The notes: a model not told the origin generated them from the sequence alone. DNA of 38,332 nucleotides from a virus (IMGVR_UViG_3300005077_000047:1-38332), one strand, 5' to 3'. Shown: positions 22,441-34,831, numbered from the stretch's first letter. Translations and numbers: made by a program.

Positions 22441-22743
22441 ATGAAAACTAATACTAAGAAAGTTTCTAGAGATCAACTAAAAGAGATTATTAGAAAAGTT
22501 TATTTGAAGAACATCATCAATGAAGATCATTTAGAAGAATATAAAACAATAATATCTTCTAAATTAAGTAATTTTTTCGCAAATGAAAAAAATCTTAATC
22601 TAGCCGAAGAATACATAGATGGACAACCCATTATTTCTGTTTTTCCAGATATCGATAAAATACAATTATTATTTAGAGAAATTGCTAGTCAAGTAGATGG
22701 TTCTATAGAGATAGTTATAACTTTAAAAAATAGAAGAATATAA
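22441..22743 (+). CDS. Hypothetical protein with leader motif (100 aa)
   Basis: KVSRDQLKEIIRKVYLKNIINE. Confidence 0.75.
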   Translation: MKTNTKKVSRDQLKEIIRKVYLKNIINEDHLEEYKTIISSKLSNFFANEKNLNLAEEYIDGQPIISVFPDIDKIQLLFREIASQVDGSIEIVITLKNRRI

Positions 22744-22745
22744 AA

Positions 22746-23465
22746 ATGTCAAACAGAATACTTCTAATAGAGCATCCTCTTGGAAACGCCACTTCTATAA
22801 AGACAAATAAAGTATCAATATCTCAATTTGTCAATGAATCCGCAATACATCTACCAGAAGGTGTTGGTGATGATTCAATTCTTATTAGAGGACCGGTTCA
22901 AAGAGCTAATGTAGAAAATAAAAATAGAAGAATTTATCCTCGTGCTATTCTCAATAGAGAAATGAATAAACTTCAAGAAGTAATCAATACAAATGGCGGT
23001 TTCTTGGGAGAATTAGATCATCCAGATATTGCTACTGTTGGTTTGCAAAAAGTTCCAATGTGTGTTAGAAAACTTTGATGAGATGATAAAAATACAAATG
23101 AAATGTACTGTATTGCAGAGATTTTAGATCCTACCATTAATCCTTCGGCTGGTATTGCTTATTCTATAATAAAATCTGGAATTCCCTTGGGTATATCTTC
23201 TAGAGGTTTAGGTTCTGTGCAATCTAAAGATGGTGTATCTATAGTTCAAGAAGATTTCGAAATGCTAACTTTTGATTTAGTTTCAGATCCTTCTACTCAC
23301 GGCGCTCTTCTTAGACACTTCAAAGCAAATTCAATAAAAGAATCTAAAGAAAAAGCGTTAGATATTAATTCAGATCTTAAAAAAGAAATAAAGGGTTGAC
23401 ATCTTGCAAAAGGTGAAAAACAAGAAATAGAAAAACTTCTAGATTCTTTAACTTTAAAATGATAG
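22746..23465 (+). CDS. Prohead core protease (T4 gp21-like), 239 aa
   Basis: NKNRRIYP, GELDHP (His), GISSRGLGS (Ser), FDLVSDPS; the two catalytic halves are joined across TGA-TGA (WW). Confidence 0.95.
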
Positions 23466-24100
23466 ATACAACAATTAAAAATACGATTTGATTATTTAAT
23501 GATCTATATAGAGATGGAACACATAGTTTAATAAAGTTCCGTAAAGCTAGAAAAATAATTTCTGACTTTATTCTAAGTAAAATTCATGGTACTACTGTAG
23601 ATAATGATTATACTTCAATCAGTTACTTGGGAAAATCAATCTTAGATTTAGTGTCTGTTACAAATATAATGATTCAAAAAAGAAAAGAGAGTCAAGAAGA
23701 GATGATAAAAACTTTGAATTCATTAATTCAAAGTTTGAAAACAAAACAAAATGCTGTTTCTAATAAATTCGAATCAATTATAAAAGAAATGAAATCCTTC
23801 AAAGAAAAAACCAAAAATAAGGTAAAAATCATTTTCGAAGAAGATACTATTTCTATATTCTTTGATCCAGAACAATTCGAACAATACAAAGAAAAAATAA
23901 AAAATGCGTTTGATTTATCAGAAATAATGTTTTCAGAACCAAAAAAAATTGAATCAATTGGAATGTTTAGTGTTAAATGTAAAAATTCTGAAAATATCAA
24001 AACACAAATAGTTGATATGATGAAAGATATTTTAGATTCTGAATATTTTGATGGTACTATAGTATCAGAAAACGAAATTCTTATAAATTTTAGTAATTAA
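23459..24100 (+). CDS. Hypothetical protein (213 aa)
   Basis: ATG 23459 is in frame with track ORF 23627 via one TGA; central coiled coil. Confidence 0.7.
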
Positions 24101-24118
24101 ACAAGGAATTATATTGCG

Positions 24119-24835
24119 ATGTCAACAAAAAAGACACTAAAAGAAATCAAAGAAGATTTAAGAGTTATTTTCGGATCTTCGAATTGCTTTGAACTAATTC
24201 AATTTTATGATTATGTTTCGAAAAGCGATTTCTCAAAGAAAATAACAGAATCTAAAATTAATAAGAATAATTATTTAGATAATAAAATTAGAGTTGCTTT
24301 TGATCAACTTTTAGAAAATTCTAAACCATCTTATCTTATTGATCTCTGAAATTTTGTTGTTAATAAAAAAGGAAATACTCAACAATTCTTTGAATGAGTA
24401 GATAGAGAAAGAGCTGAGAAGATGGGTAAATTTGGTACTGCAATGAAATCTCTTTTGAGCAAAATAGAATCAAAAGGATTCGAAGTTAATGTCGATGCTC
24501 AGCCCGGTGAAGGGACTTTATCAATAGAATTTATGACAAGTCAAGAAGCATGTTATATGGATTTTATAGACTTTTTAAGAGAAGAATTCTTTGAAAAAGA
24601 AGACAATGATAAGACTTGAATGTTAACGGCAAAGAGTGGAAATCTCGTAGTTCTTAACTATTTACCTGTTCAATCTACAGCAGAAGTAGAAGAAAAATTA
24701 GATGATCCTATTGAAGATGAAATAGAAGACGAAACAGAAGATATGGGTAAGAAAAAAACTTATGGAACTGGAGTTGATCCCGCTTCAGATAAGAATAAAA
24801 TTTCTGTTAAAGAGTGAAATACGTGACTAAAATAA
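24119..24835 (+). CDS. Hypothetical protein (238 aa)
   Basis: Track ORFs 24119, 24422 and 24620 are in one frame joined by TGA; TAA at 24833-24835. Confidence 0.75.
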
Positions 24836-24854
24836 ATAATTGATGGAGTAATAA

Positions 24855-25259
24855 ATGAAAAAGTCAGAACTAAAAGATATGATTGGTGAGTTGATTGAAG
24901 AAAAACTAGAAGAGTTCTTCATCAATGATTTACCAGATATAGTTTCAGAAGTTGTTAGTAAAAAACTTTCTAAGCTTCTAAAAGAAGACGCACCAAAAAA
25001 ACTTCCTCTTAAAGAAAGAATTCTTTCTTCTTATGAAGAAATGGAAGAACTTACTTTCGGTTCAAGAGGAGACAATGTTAAAGAAGGTGTACGTCAATTA
25101 ACTAGAGAAAGCGCACAGCCAACCAATGTATTAGATAAATCAAAACAAATCAAACCAATTCCAGTAAAATTAGAAGAAATAGCAGGAGATAAAGCTAGTG
25201 ATATAGATTTATTGGCTGGATTAGAGTATGATGATTCGTTGTTAGGAATTAAAGATTAA
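24855..25259 (+). CDS. Hypothetical protein with leader motif (134 aa), probable prohead core component
   Basis: MKKSELKDMIGELIEEKLEE; many LKE/VKE sites; GGAG RBS. Confidence 0.75.
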   Translation: MKKSELKDMIGELIEEKLEEFFINDLPDIVSEVVSKKLSKLLKEDAPKKLPLKERILSSYEEMEELTFGSRGDNVKEGVRQLTRESAQPTNVLDKSKQIKPIPVKLEEIAGDKASDIDLLAGLEYDDSLLGIKD

Positions 25260-25295
25260 AATAGTACAAAAATAATACGTTTTTCTACAACGGTG

Positions 25296-25303
25296 TATAT
25301 AAT
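25296..25303 (+). promoter_or_regulatory. TATATAAT putative late promoter for scaffold/capsid
   Basis: GGTGTATATAAT in the intergenic gap before the scaffold gene. Confidence 0.5.
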
Positions 25304-25375
25304 TTCGAGTAATAAAAGGCAGACTTTAATAGTGTGTCTTTTTATTTAATATCTTTTAATAAAGGAGAAGAGAAA

Positions 25376-26272
25376 ATGTCTAAATTGAACAAAGAAGCAA
25401 AAGAAACTCTCCGTTCTGCTAGAGCATTAGCTGATGCTAATATTTTGCAGGCAAAGTCGGAAGTCCTTGCTACAATTGCTCCTCAAATCAAAGAAATCAT
25501 TGAAGAAGAAATTCAAAGAGAAATTAATAAATCTATGAATGAGAAATTCAATGACATAGAAGATCTAGAAAATCCGATTCCAGAACCAGAAGAAGAAGAA
25601 TTTCTTGATGATGAAGAAGAAGTCGAAGATGAAGAATTTGACATCGACGACGACTTAGGATCACCTCCAGAATCTTCAGATGAAATTGAAAATGGTAATA
25701 CAGAAAAAATTTCTGTAGAAATTGACGGAGCTGAATATTCTGGTGATTATAGTCCTGGAGATGAAACTATTGAACTTCAACTAGTTGGATCCGAGGACGA
25801 ATTAAATTCCATGGAAGGAGGTGAGGAGGAAGACTTAGGATTAGAGGATGAACCAATTGTGACTGATTCAGATAAATTCGGCGAAGATGAAGACGAAGAT
25901 CTAAACATCGAGCTAGAAGATGAAGAAGACGAAGAGTTTGAAGATGAAAGAAAAATTAGAGAAGCTGTTCGTAAGATTATCAGAAACAAAAAAACTTCTC
26001 TAAATGACATAAAGAGAGTAAGTAAACCAATTAATAAGAATTTACAAGAAAATAAGATTCGCCAAATAACGCGCGAAATTCTTCTTGAAAAGCTTGGTAA
26101 CAAACAAACTACTCCAAAGAAACCACAAAGAAAAAGTTTAACTATAGAAGAAAAACTAAAGAATAAGGGTCTTATTCCAGAGAAAAATACTTCTAGTAAG
26201 GGAAACCTTTTCGAAAATGACGAACAACGTAAAGAAGTATACGATCGTTTAATCCACTTAATGGGTGATTAA
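25376..26272 (+). CDS. Prohead scaffold/core protein (298 aa)
   Basis: Directly upstream of the major capsid gene; helical N-terminus, very acidic middle, repeated IRE/LQE/LLE/LFE sites; AAGGAG RBS before ATG 25376. Confidence 0.75.
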   Translation: MSKLNKEAKETLRSARALADANILQAKSEVLATIAPQIKEIIEEEIQREINKSMNEKFNDIEDLENPIPEPEEEEFLDDEEEVEDEEFDIDDDLGSPPESSDEIENGNTEKISVEIDGAEYSGDYSPGDETIELQLVGSEDELNSMEGGEEEDLGLEDEPIVTDSDKFGEDEDEDLNIELEDEEDEEFEDERKIREAVRKIIRNKKTSLNDIKRVSKPINKNLQENKIRQITREILLEKLGNKQTTPKKPQRKSLTIEEKLKNKGLIPEKNTSSKGNLFENDEQRKEVYDRLIHLMGD

Positions 26273-26303
26273 AGGTCAACAAAGTAAAAGGAAACAAAAA
26301 AAA

Positions 26304-27935
26304 ATGACTCAAAATGCAATTGATAAGTTTAATGCAAGACTTATCGAAGAGGCATCTGGTTATGATGATATGGAGCAAAGACGTGCTCAGATCTTCAATA
26401 GATGATCTAAGACACCTTTACTTCGTAAACTTAATGAGAAAGAAGCTAAAGACGTAGCTGTTCTTCTCGAAAACCAGGCCATCACTTTAAAGAAGATGAT
26501 GAATGAGAACACAAACACATCTGACATTGCTACCTTCAATAAGGTTGCTTTCCCTCTTGTCAGAAGAGTGTATGGTGGACTTATTGCTAAGGACATCGTC
26601 TCAATTCAGCCAATGTCTGCTCCTCAGACGCTTGTATTCTATATCGACTATAAGTATGTAGATCGCCATCAGAATAACTTAGGTTATCCTTACGGTCACT
26701 TAGAGTCTAACGCTTTTGATGATGCATCTTTCAATAAAGACTATTCTGCTTATACTAAAACAATTTCAAATGTTGTATTGACAGGTGCTCTTTTAACTGA
26801 TACGGTAAATGGTCAAAACTATCTTAAGATTGCAACTAGCTCTCAACTCACTTCTGATGTTGAGTGAAATAGTATCATCACTTTAGTAACAACAGCTGGT
26901 GTGACGGCTTGAGCTAACACTAACTGAAATTATGGCAGTGTAACTCAAACAGTTCCTTATGGAGCTCCAACTCAATACATGGGATCTTTCCATACCGATA
27001 GAATCTATGTTTATCGCGGTCTCGACTCGTCTAACACAGAATATACTGGTCACGCTCTTGCTGCTGTTCTTACTGGAACTGGTATAACCGCTCCTGCGAG
27101 AGTTCAGACACTGCATTACTATCAGAGAGCTGAAAAAGCTTCTTCTGAAGGTGCATCTGCTGTACCAATTCCAAGAATCTCATTCGAGATGAAGAGTAAA
27201 CCGGTTGAAGCTAAGACTCGTAAGCTCATGGTACAGTGAACAACTGAAGTAGAGCAAGACGCTAAAGCTTATCATGGTTTAGACGTAGAGAAAACACTAA
27301 CAGACTTCTTGACTGAGCACATCACTCTTGAAATCGATCGTGAAATCATCTATGATCTTTACGAAGGATATGACAAGCGCTTGACTCAAAGCTGAGATGT
27401 AACTCAAACTCCTTCTGGAGCTGGACAATTCACGAATTACGAAGTCTTCCAACAGGGTCTAGTTCGTGCTATGAATACACTCTCTCATCAGATTTTCACT
27501 AGCACAAAACGTGGACCTGCTTCGTTTGCTCTATGTTCACCAGAAGTAGCAGCTATCCTAGAGTCAATTCCTGGATTTACTTCTATTAATGACGGAAGTG
27601 GAAACATTACTGGCGCCGGTGTACAGAAACTCGGTAATATTAGCAAGAAGTGAGACATTTTTGTTGATCCTCTTCTAGCTGGTACTATTCACTATAACAA
27701 GATTCTTATGGGATATAAGGGTAACAACGTCTACGACTGTGGTTACATTTATGCTCCATACGTAATCGGTGTAATGAGCCCAGTTATCTACGATCCGGAT
27801 GAACTCTTCACTCCAAGAAGAGGTATCCTTTCCAGATATGGAAAAGTATGGATTCGTAGAGATTTCTACGGTGTCGTTGAAGTAGACAATCTCGCAAGCT
27901 TCGCTACTATTTCTAACTTACTACAAAAAGTATAG
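26304..27935 (+). CDS. Major capsid protein (T4 gp23-like), 543 aa
   Basis: AVLLENQ, PLVRRV, IVSIQPMSAP, AKTRKLMVQWTTEVEQD, EIDREII, MGYKG, GYIYAPY, FTPRRGILSRYG. Confidence 0.97.
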
Positions 27936-27957
27936 TTAGTTAAAATAGCTTAACTTC

Positions 27958-27987
27958 AAAAAGAGGAACTTCGGTTCCTCTTTTTTT
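27958..27987 (+). terminator. Rho-independent terminator with UUCG tetraloop
   Basis: AAAAAGAGGAAC-TTCG-GTTCCTCTTTTTTT after the capsid gene. Confidence 0.92.
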
Positions 27988-28025
27988 ATATTCTTCTTAA
28001 GGTTGTATCATATCGCAAAAAGTCG

Positions 28026-28033
28026 TATATATT
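28026..28033 (+). promoter_or_regulatory. TATATATT putative promoter
   Basis: Lies just after a terminator and before ATG 28074. Confidence 0.55.
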
Positions 28034-28073
28034 ACTAAATCATCCTAAACCAAAAAAAAAGGAAAAACTAAAA

Positions 28074-28682
28074 ATGGCACAAATAAAATTAACAAAAGTA
28101 GCTAAAATAGAACCTCCAGTTGCACCAATAGATCTTTCATCTGCTACATCATTAAAAATAACACCTGTCAGTGGTTATGAAAACGAACCAGAACAATTAC
28201 ATTACATGATTCCAGTAGCACATCAAACAACAAATGCAGCTAGCGCAGCATGATATGGTGCACCATTTACTTATACTCCAGGTTTAAGTGCTGCTTATCA
28301 TGTAGCTCATTCTGGAACTGGTGCGGCTTCTTTTAGTGCTACTGTTGATTCTGGCGCTATAGCAAGTTATATGGGTGCACCTCCAACAAAACTTTTATTT
28401 TTCCATGATTTAGCAGACGCTACTTCTACAGCGGGCATTTGATATAGAATTTGTCCGTGACAAGTTGGTGCTTCGGCTGTTAATATTCCAAATGGAATGT
28501 TAAATACTTTAACTGCTCATGCGTGAACTCTTATAAGAGTTAATACAAATAACAATCACGTAGTTAATATTTCTGCGAGAGCTGTATTTTTACCAAATAC
28601 GCAATCTAATCCTTGATCTATTCCTTTAAAACCGGTTGGAAGTTCTACAGGAGAAACTGGAATGGTTTATTTTAGTTGGTAA
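28074..28682 (+). CDS. Putative virion structural/head decoration protein (202 aa)
   Basis: Absent from the track; Ala/Thr/Ser/Pro/Gly-rich; flanked by its own promoter motif and terminator, directly after the capsid gene. Confidence 0.65.
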
Positions 28683-28703
28683 TTATATTGTTTGTTTAAT
28701 TAT

Positions 28704-28736
28704 GAAAAGGGAGATTCGTTCTCCCTTTTCTTTTTT
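28704..28736 (+). terminator. Rho-independent terminator
   Basis: GAAAAGGGAGA-TTCGT-TCTCCCTTTTC-TTTTTT. Confidence 0.9.
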
Positions 28737-28746
28737 ACAAAATAAG

Positions 28747-28754
28747 TATATATC
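28747..28754 (+). promoter_or_regulatory. TATATATC putative promoter
   Basis: Immediately after the terminator, before ATG 28802. Confidence 0.5.
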
Positions 28755-28801
28755 TCTAACTCCAATCATTAAAAGTAAAAATTAAAAGGAGATATAATTT
28801 A

Positions 28802-29341
28802 ATGAAAGATCAAACAAAATTATCAACAGCTCAGTTAAAAAAAATTATTAAAGAAGAAATTATAAGATTTTTTCTTGAATCAAATAAAAAACAAATAAAA
28901 GAACTTAGAATTAATGCAGATAACTTAGATAAACACTTTAGACCAAGACCAGAAGGTGGAATAAGTTCTAGATTATTTGGAAGAAAAGGAAATGTTTATG
29001 ATGAACAAATTGAAGCTATCGAACCTTTTGTTAAAAATTGAATGAAACAAAATCGTCACAAATACGGAGTTTTTAGTGAATATTATGCATATATAGAATG
29101 AGCAAAGAAATATCATAGTAGATTACCGAAAGAAATTGAACAAAAATTACAAAAATATGATAACGTTTGAGATGATTATGTTGAGTGATTTCAGACGTCA
29201 GATCATGTCTGAAAAAAAGATCCCGATAGATATCCCGTTGGTTGGAATAGAAAAGATTCAGAAACGGGTAAAAGAGATGAAATACCTGGAAGAAGTGATT
29301 CAGAAAATCGACGCAAAAGATGACCCGGTTCTAATTTATAG
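28802..29341 (+). CDS. Hypothetical protein with leader motif (179 aa)
   Basis: KLSTAQLKKIIKEEIIRFFLES...IKE; Trp-rich C-terminal half via TGA; TAG overlaps the next GTG. Confidence 0.75.
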
Positions 29342-29931
29342 TGAAAAAATATATAAAAGAGAATTCTTTAGAACCCGATTGATATTCTTCTTTTTCTCCA
29401 GAAGCTATCGATGGGACTGTTAGAAACAAAGTTATAAACAATTCTAAAAAAAAGAAGTATATAGCTAAAACAAGCAAAAATCTTATGAAAAAAGCAAAAT
29501 TTAAAGATAGACCTGAAAATTCAATAGGCATAAATGAATCAAATTTAGAGGAAAAGAAAATAATGACTTCATTAACAAAATCATATCTTATTAAGATAAT
29601 AAATGAAGAAAAACAAAAAATTGAAGAAAAGTGAGGACCATTTAGACGTAAACCGTGAGGTAAATCTGGGAATGAATATATTGATAATTTAGAAGATTCT
29701 GAATATAATCTTTATGGCCAAGAATTTGTTGATACTGCTAATAAACAACTTCAGCTTATTTATAACACTCTAAATAAAGCTTTACTTGCTGGTAAAAATA
29801 GTGATCTAGAAACCGGTGAATCTTATGGTTATAAACAGGGTGGAGAACAAGAACAAAAACTTATTCAAGCTATTAAGCTTATTAGACAAGCAAAAAGTAT
29901 AATAAATTCTATAGACGCAACAGAAGAATAA
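29341..29931 (+). CDS. Hypothetical protein with N-terminal and internal leader motifs (196 aa)
   Basis: GTG start MKKYIKE; internal SLTKSYLIKIINEE; TAA at 29929-29931. Confidence 0.7.
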
Positions 29932-29946
29932 AAGGGAACATATAAA

Positions 29947-30156
29947 ATGAAGAAATCAGATTTAACAAAGTTAATAGAAGAAACTATTAAAGAAAATAAT
30001 GTTGAACAAATAAAAAATTCAGTAGGAGAACGCGAATTCAACATGTTTGTAGATACTTTTCAAGATTTTATAAGTGCTATGTTTGAACAAAACTTTAGTG
30101 CTAGAGAAATAAAATGATTTATTAATGATTTAATTGACAGTCAATTGATTTACTAA
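29947..30156 (+). CDS. Small hypothetical protein with leader motif (69 aa)
   Basis: MKKSDLTKLIEETIKEN; one TGA=W. Confidence 0.7.
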
Positions 30157-30171
30157 TAGGGTTTAATAAAA

Positions 30172-31332
30172 ATGGCGACTCAAGAATTTAGAAATATATT
30201 TCCAGAAACCGTACCGAATTCTTTATCTTCGGAATATATTAGTTTTGAGTTGTGAGTTAAATCTCGTTTGGGTGATGATGTTGCTTCTGTTGAATTAAGT
30301 CCTCAACAAGTTTGATGAGCTTTACAAGAAGCAGATCAGGAATTTTCTGCTGAAGTTAATACAGTTTATATGAAAAATTATATGTCTCATTTTTATGGAA
30401 TGTCTCAAAATCAAAATGCTGGTGGTATCTATCCTAATTTTACTTATTCTTATTTAACTCACATAACACAAGGTATTGGAGATCTTGCTGGAATTGGTGG
30501 TGATAATCGCGATTTCTTGGGTTATATTACGCTTGTTGCTGATCAACAAGATTATCCATTAGATACATGCCTTTATGATAGAAATGGAGTTCTTGTAGAT
30601 TTTACAAATGGAGTAGAAATAAAAGAAGTATATTACAACGATTTAGATACTACTTCTCGTTACATCGATACTTGATCTTACTACAATATTATGGCTGGTG
30701 AATTTGGTGTTCAATCAGCTCTTTATAATACAATGTTTGCAATGCTTCCAGTAAATGCTAACGTTATGATGATGCAACATGTTAGATATAATAATAAGTT
30801 AAGACTAAGTAATTATACATATGAGATGTACGGCGATCAACTTTTAAGAATATTTCCTTCTCCAAATACCAGTGATAAAAAAATCTATATAAGATTCAAA
30901 CATAAACAACCAATTGATTCTACAATTTCCATAACAGGTTCTGCTAGTGGTGGTACTGTCACAGCTAATGATACAAACATTGTTGGAAATTTTGCTCAAG
31001 TTAAATTAGATCCTTTTAATTGAGATTCTTTGAATGGAATAGCAAAAAGATGAGTTAGAATGTATGGTCTCGCTATTTGTAAAGAAATTCTAGCTTTCAA
31101 TAGAGGAAAATTTAAAGAAATACCTTTTGCTTCAGAAAATAACATGGTTCAACTAAACTGAGATATGTTATCTAGTCAAGCAAAAGAAGAACAAAAACAA
31201 TTGAAAGATCTTTTAAGAGAAGATCTTAAAGACATTATGAATAATGCAGAACTATTGAAAAGAGATGCCGATGCTTTAGAACAAGTTCAAAGACAATTAA
31301 CATACGTGCCTCTTTTCCCGTATTGGAGATAA
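30172..31332 (+). CDS. Neck/head-tail adaptor protein (T4 gp13-like), 386 aa
   Basis: WVKSRLGDDVASVELSPQQV, LRIFPSP, WVRMYGLAICKEILAFNRGKF, QLNW..L..QAKEE. Confidence 0.85.
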
Positions 31333-31349
31333 TTAAAGGAAAAAATAAA

Positions 31350-31643
31350 ATGAAACAAATAAAAACTATAAAAATGTTAAGAGAAGATATTAGAAGAGAA
31401 AATGAATTGTCTGGTTATATAGATTTAGAAGATGCATCAGAAGAACTTTATAGAAAAATGGAGAAAGATATTTTTGATAAAGGAAATCTAGATACATTTT
31501 CTAACTATTTCGAACTTTTGCAAGTTGATTATGGAATCATCGATGCTTCAACAGCTGAAGAACTTCTTTTTAGATACGATAATTACAAAAAAAGATTAAA
31601 TTGAGAAATGAATCAGGGAGATATCACAAATGAAGAAATCTAA
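31350..31643 (+). CDS. Hypothetical protein (97 aa)
   Basis: MKQIKTIKMLRED...; extended through TGA to TAA 31641-31643. Confidence 0.7.
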
Positions 31644-32814
31644 AATTAATGAAAATAAATGTTTTATTATTATGAAGAAATCTAGGGCTTATGATAATCC
31701 AACTCCAAGAAATGCATACAGAGGACCTGCTGCTGAAAATTTAGCAAAAGATAATCCTGAATTTAAACCTGGCCAAGTTTATGGTTCTCGAGAAGAAGCT
31801 GAAAAGTGAGCAAAAGAATTAACAAGATATAATGGAGTTGGTTTTGAAGTCATTCCTCTTCAAGATTTCTATTCAGGAAGTGGAAATTGAAATGAAGGGA
31901 TGCATGAATCAAAAAAAATAAATAAAAAAGTTATAAAAGAAATGGGTAGAGGAAGACCAAAAAAGTACGAAATCATCATAGATCCGGATACTGGAGAAGA
32001 AATTAAAGTTCCGATTTCTGGAAAAGAAGAGAAACTTGATAAGAATATCAAGCTAGTGTATGATCCTATTTTACAAAAATATGTATCTAAAGAAGACGAT
32101 TCGATTCTCGGAAATGCTGGTAAAGACGATCCTACAGAATTAATGAAACAATATTCTCCATTTAGAATTAAAGAAAGTGATATCGCTAAAGCAATAAGAT
32201 CTTCTCTTAAAGAAATGGATACTGGTGGATTAGCCGTCGGTGTTGCTGGTGGAAACGCTGTTATCGATGATCCAGAAGGAGATAAAAATAAAATTAGTGG
32301 CGAAGAAGAAGTAGAATCTGAAGAAGTCATCGAAGTTAGAAAACATATACGCTCTATTCTTATGAAAGAGTTTATTAAAAATAAAAAACAAAATGTCGAT
32401 ATGCTTGAAGCCAAACTAAGAAAAGAAATTGAAAATTTCTTAAAAGAAAAGAATGAAGTAAGAAAATTTGTGGCAAAAAAGAAATTAACGGAGGCCAGTG
32501 ATATGAACGATTACGAAATCGACGATGAATTTGACGAAGATTTAAATGATGGCTTCGTAGAAGATGATATGTTTCCAGAAGAAACAGATTCTTCATATCA
32601 ACAACCGATAGAAATGTTAAAGAATTTAATGAAAGATGATTATGATTTAACCGGTAGATTTGGACAATTTGAAGAATACTATACTATTATTTCAGACGAA
32701 TTTGAAATAGCTGATGAAAGTTTAGATGATGATACAAGATCAGAATTAAAATCATGATTCGATTATTATGTAGAAAATCCCGAGGAGTTAAATTATGAAG
32801 AAGATGATTTCTAG
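31630..32814 (+). CDS. Multi-module acidic protein with AT-hook-like GRGRPKK (394 aa)
   Basis: MKKSKINE start in frame with track ORF 31900; frequent IKE/LKE/LTE sites. Confidence 0.75.
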
Positions 32815-32995
32815 AGATCAACTATTAAAAATAATAGAAGAAGAAATTAATTCAAATAAAGATTTACATGTTGACGATAAAATAGATACAACAATAAGAT
32901 TCATGCGTGAAAGAATTTTTCCAACTATGAGCGAAGATCAATTAATTTTATTTCTGACACAACTAAAAAACTGAATAAATAGAATGTTCGTATAA
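32795..32995 (+). CDS. Small hypothetical protein with leader motif (66 aa)
   Basis: MKKMISRDQLLKIIEEEI; TAA at 32993-32995. Confidence 0.7.
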
Positions 32996-32997
32996 TT

Positions 32998-34365
32998 ATG
33001 AAAAAACTTATTAAAGAAGATGGAAACTCAACGTTTTTTAATATACGATATAATATTGCAGAACCTATTAGTGTAATTTGTAACACAGATCATTATGCTT
33101 ACGTAGACAACTCTAAAAATATAATAGTCATTGATAATAGAAAATATTCAACAAAATTTATTGTAATTGGTCATTCTAGTTTAGAAAGTGAATTAGAAGA
33201 ATTGGGAGTATGAGCAGAAAAAACGACTGGAAAAGTTATTTTTTCTTATCATCAAAAAGATCTTCTTCGTTTTAGAATCTTTAAAGCAAGCGATTTTAGT
33301 GTATTAGATTGTGACATTGTTGCTTTTTATACGTCGGAAGAAAATGTAAAAAAAAATTCTAATATAATAAATCAAGTAATAAAAAAAGTTTGTGAAACAC
33401 CAAAAATTTATATAGATTGAGGATTTTTTTCAAAAGAAGATTTACAGAATAATATGAAAAAATATCCAAAAAATTATTTTGAACAAAGAAAGAAAATAGA
33501 CCCACAACTTTCGCAAAGAACCGCTTCTAGAAAATGAATGGACTCTATTTATCAAAAATCTGGAGTATGGGAAAATTATCTTAATTTTAAGATAAAATTA
33601 GAGGAGACTAGCCTTATGCCCGGAAGTGGTGAAATGCCAACGAACATGCCAAATAGAACTCAAAGTCAAAAAGAACAATTAAGACCTAATCAAAATGATT
33701 ATGCTTATGGAGACGATTCAATTGAATGTGAATATTGTAAAGATGGTTGACAAGAAGATGGATCTATGTGTACTCATTGTCAAGGATATGGAATAAGACA
33801 AGAATCTTTAAATTGAGATGATTGAGATATAGATTTTGGACATGATTTAAATACTATGTCAAAAAAAGGTAACTTTAAAGTTGGACAAAGAGTTAGTTAC
33901 GAAGGAAAATTAGGAACAATAATAAAATATAATCTTTTAGGAGCATACACAGTAAAATTTGATGATGGTTCAATCATTAGAAAAATTCATCAATCTGAAC
34001 TTGAACCAGAAGAAGAAAATTTAATTGAAGTTAGTGAAGGTTTTATGGGAAGTGAAGAAAATGAAGATATAAATACAATAAACAACACAACTAGACAAAA
34101 AACTCAAACTGGAATTGGTCATAAGGCGATAGAAAGTTTAGAAAATAGTTTAGAAAATACTAAACTTTCAACAAATATTTTGAAAAAAGTTTCAACTGGG
34201 CAAAACGCCGAATCAGATGCAAACAAATTACTAAACAATCCAAATAATACAAATAATTTAATTGGAAAAAAAGTTGGAGATGTAGATCAAGATTTATTGT
34301 CTTCACTATTAGCTTCTGGTATTATCGAAATAGATTCGAGCGGAATTGTTAGAAAAAAAGTATAA
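32998..34365 (+). CDS. Multi-module protein (455 aa) with DnaJ-like Zn knuckle and SH3/KOW-like barrel
   Basis: Track ORFs 32998, 33538 and 33856 are in one frame; CEYCKDGW..G..CTHCQGYG; FKVGQRVSYEGKLGTII...YTVKFDDG. Confidence 0.75.
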
Positions 34366-34371
34366 TAAAGA

Positions 34372-34803
34372 ATGTTTTTATCTAAGAACGACATAAAGCT
34401 TTTTAATTCTGTTCAAGAAGAATTAATGCAAAATTTTAGACAACAGGAGATAGATTATCTTACTGTTGATAATTTAGAGTCGTTTGATGAAGATGAAAAC
34501 ATCTATAATGAAATAGAAAAAGAAAAATTAATATTTTCAGATCCTATTACTATTTATGCATATGTTCAACAAAATGCTCCCGAATTTGATGTTAATGAAA
34601 TTGGTGGTAAATATAAAAATAGTATTGTAGTTTTTATTCATAAATCTTATTTAGAAGATATGAATTTAGAAATAAAAGAGGGTCAATGATTCAGATGGTA
34701 TGAAAATCTTTATCAAATTCTTCATCAGACTGGAAGACAGGTTCAGATATGGGGAAATCCAGATTGACAAGTTTACAGAAGATTTGTATGTGTACAAAAA
34801 TAA
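34372..34803 (+). CDS. Putative neck/head-closure protein (gp14-like), 143 aa
   Basis: ENIYNE...FSDPITIYAYV...VFIHKSYLEDMNLEIKEGQWF...YQI; located between the gp13-like gene and tail genes. Confidence 0.65.
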
Positions 34804-34831
34804 CATTTAACTATAAAAAGGAAAAAAAATA

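Noticed and set aside
8413-29423. Alternative-frame + strand ORFs 8413-8601, 18930-19172 and 29136-29423
   Set aside because: They overlap longer code-4 genes in another frame and show no recognisable motif.
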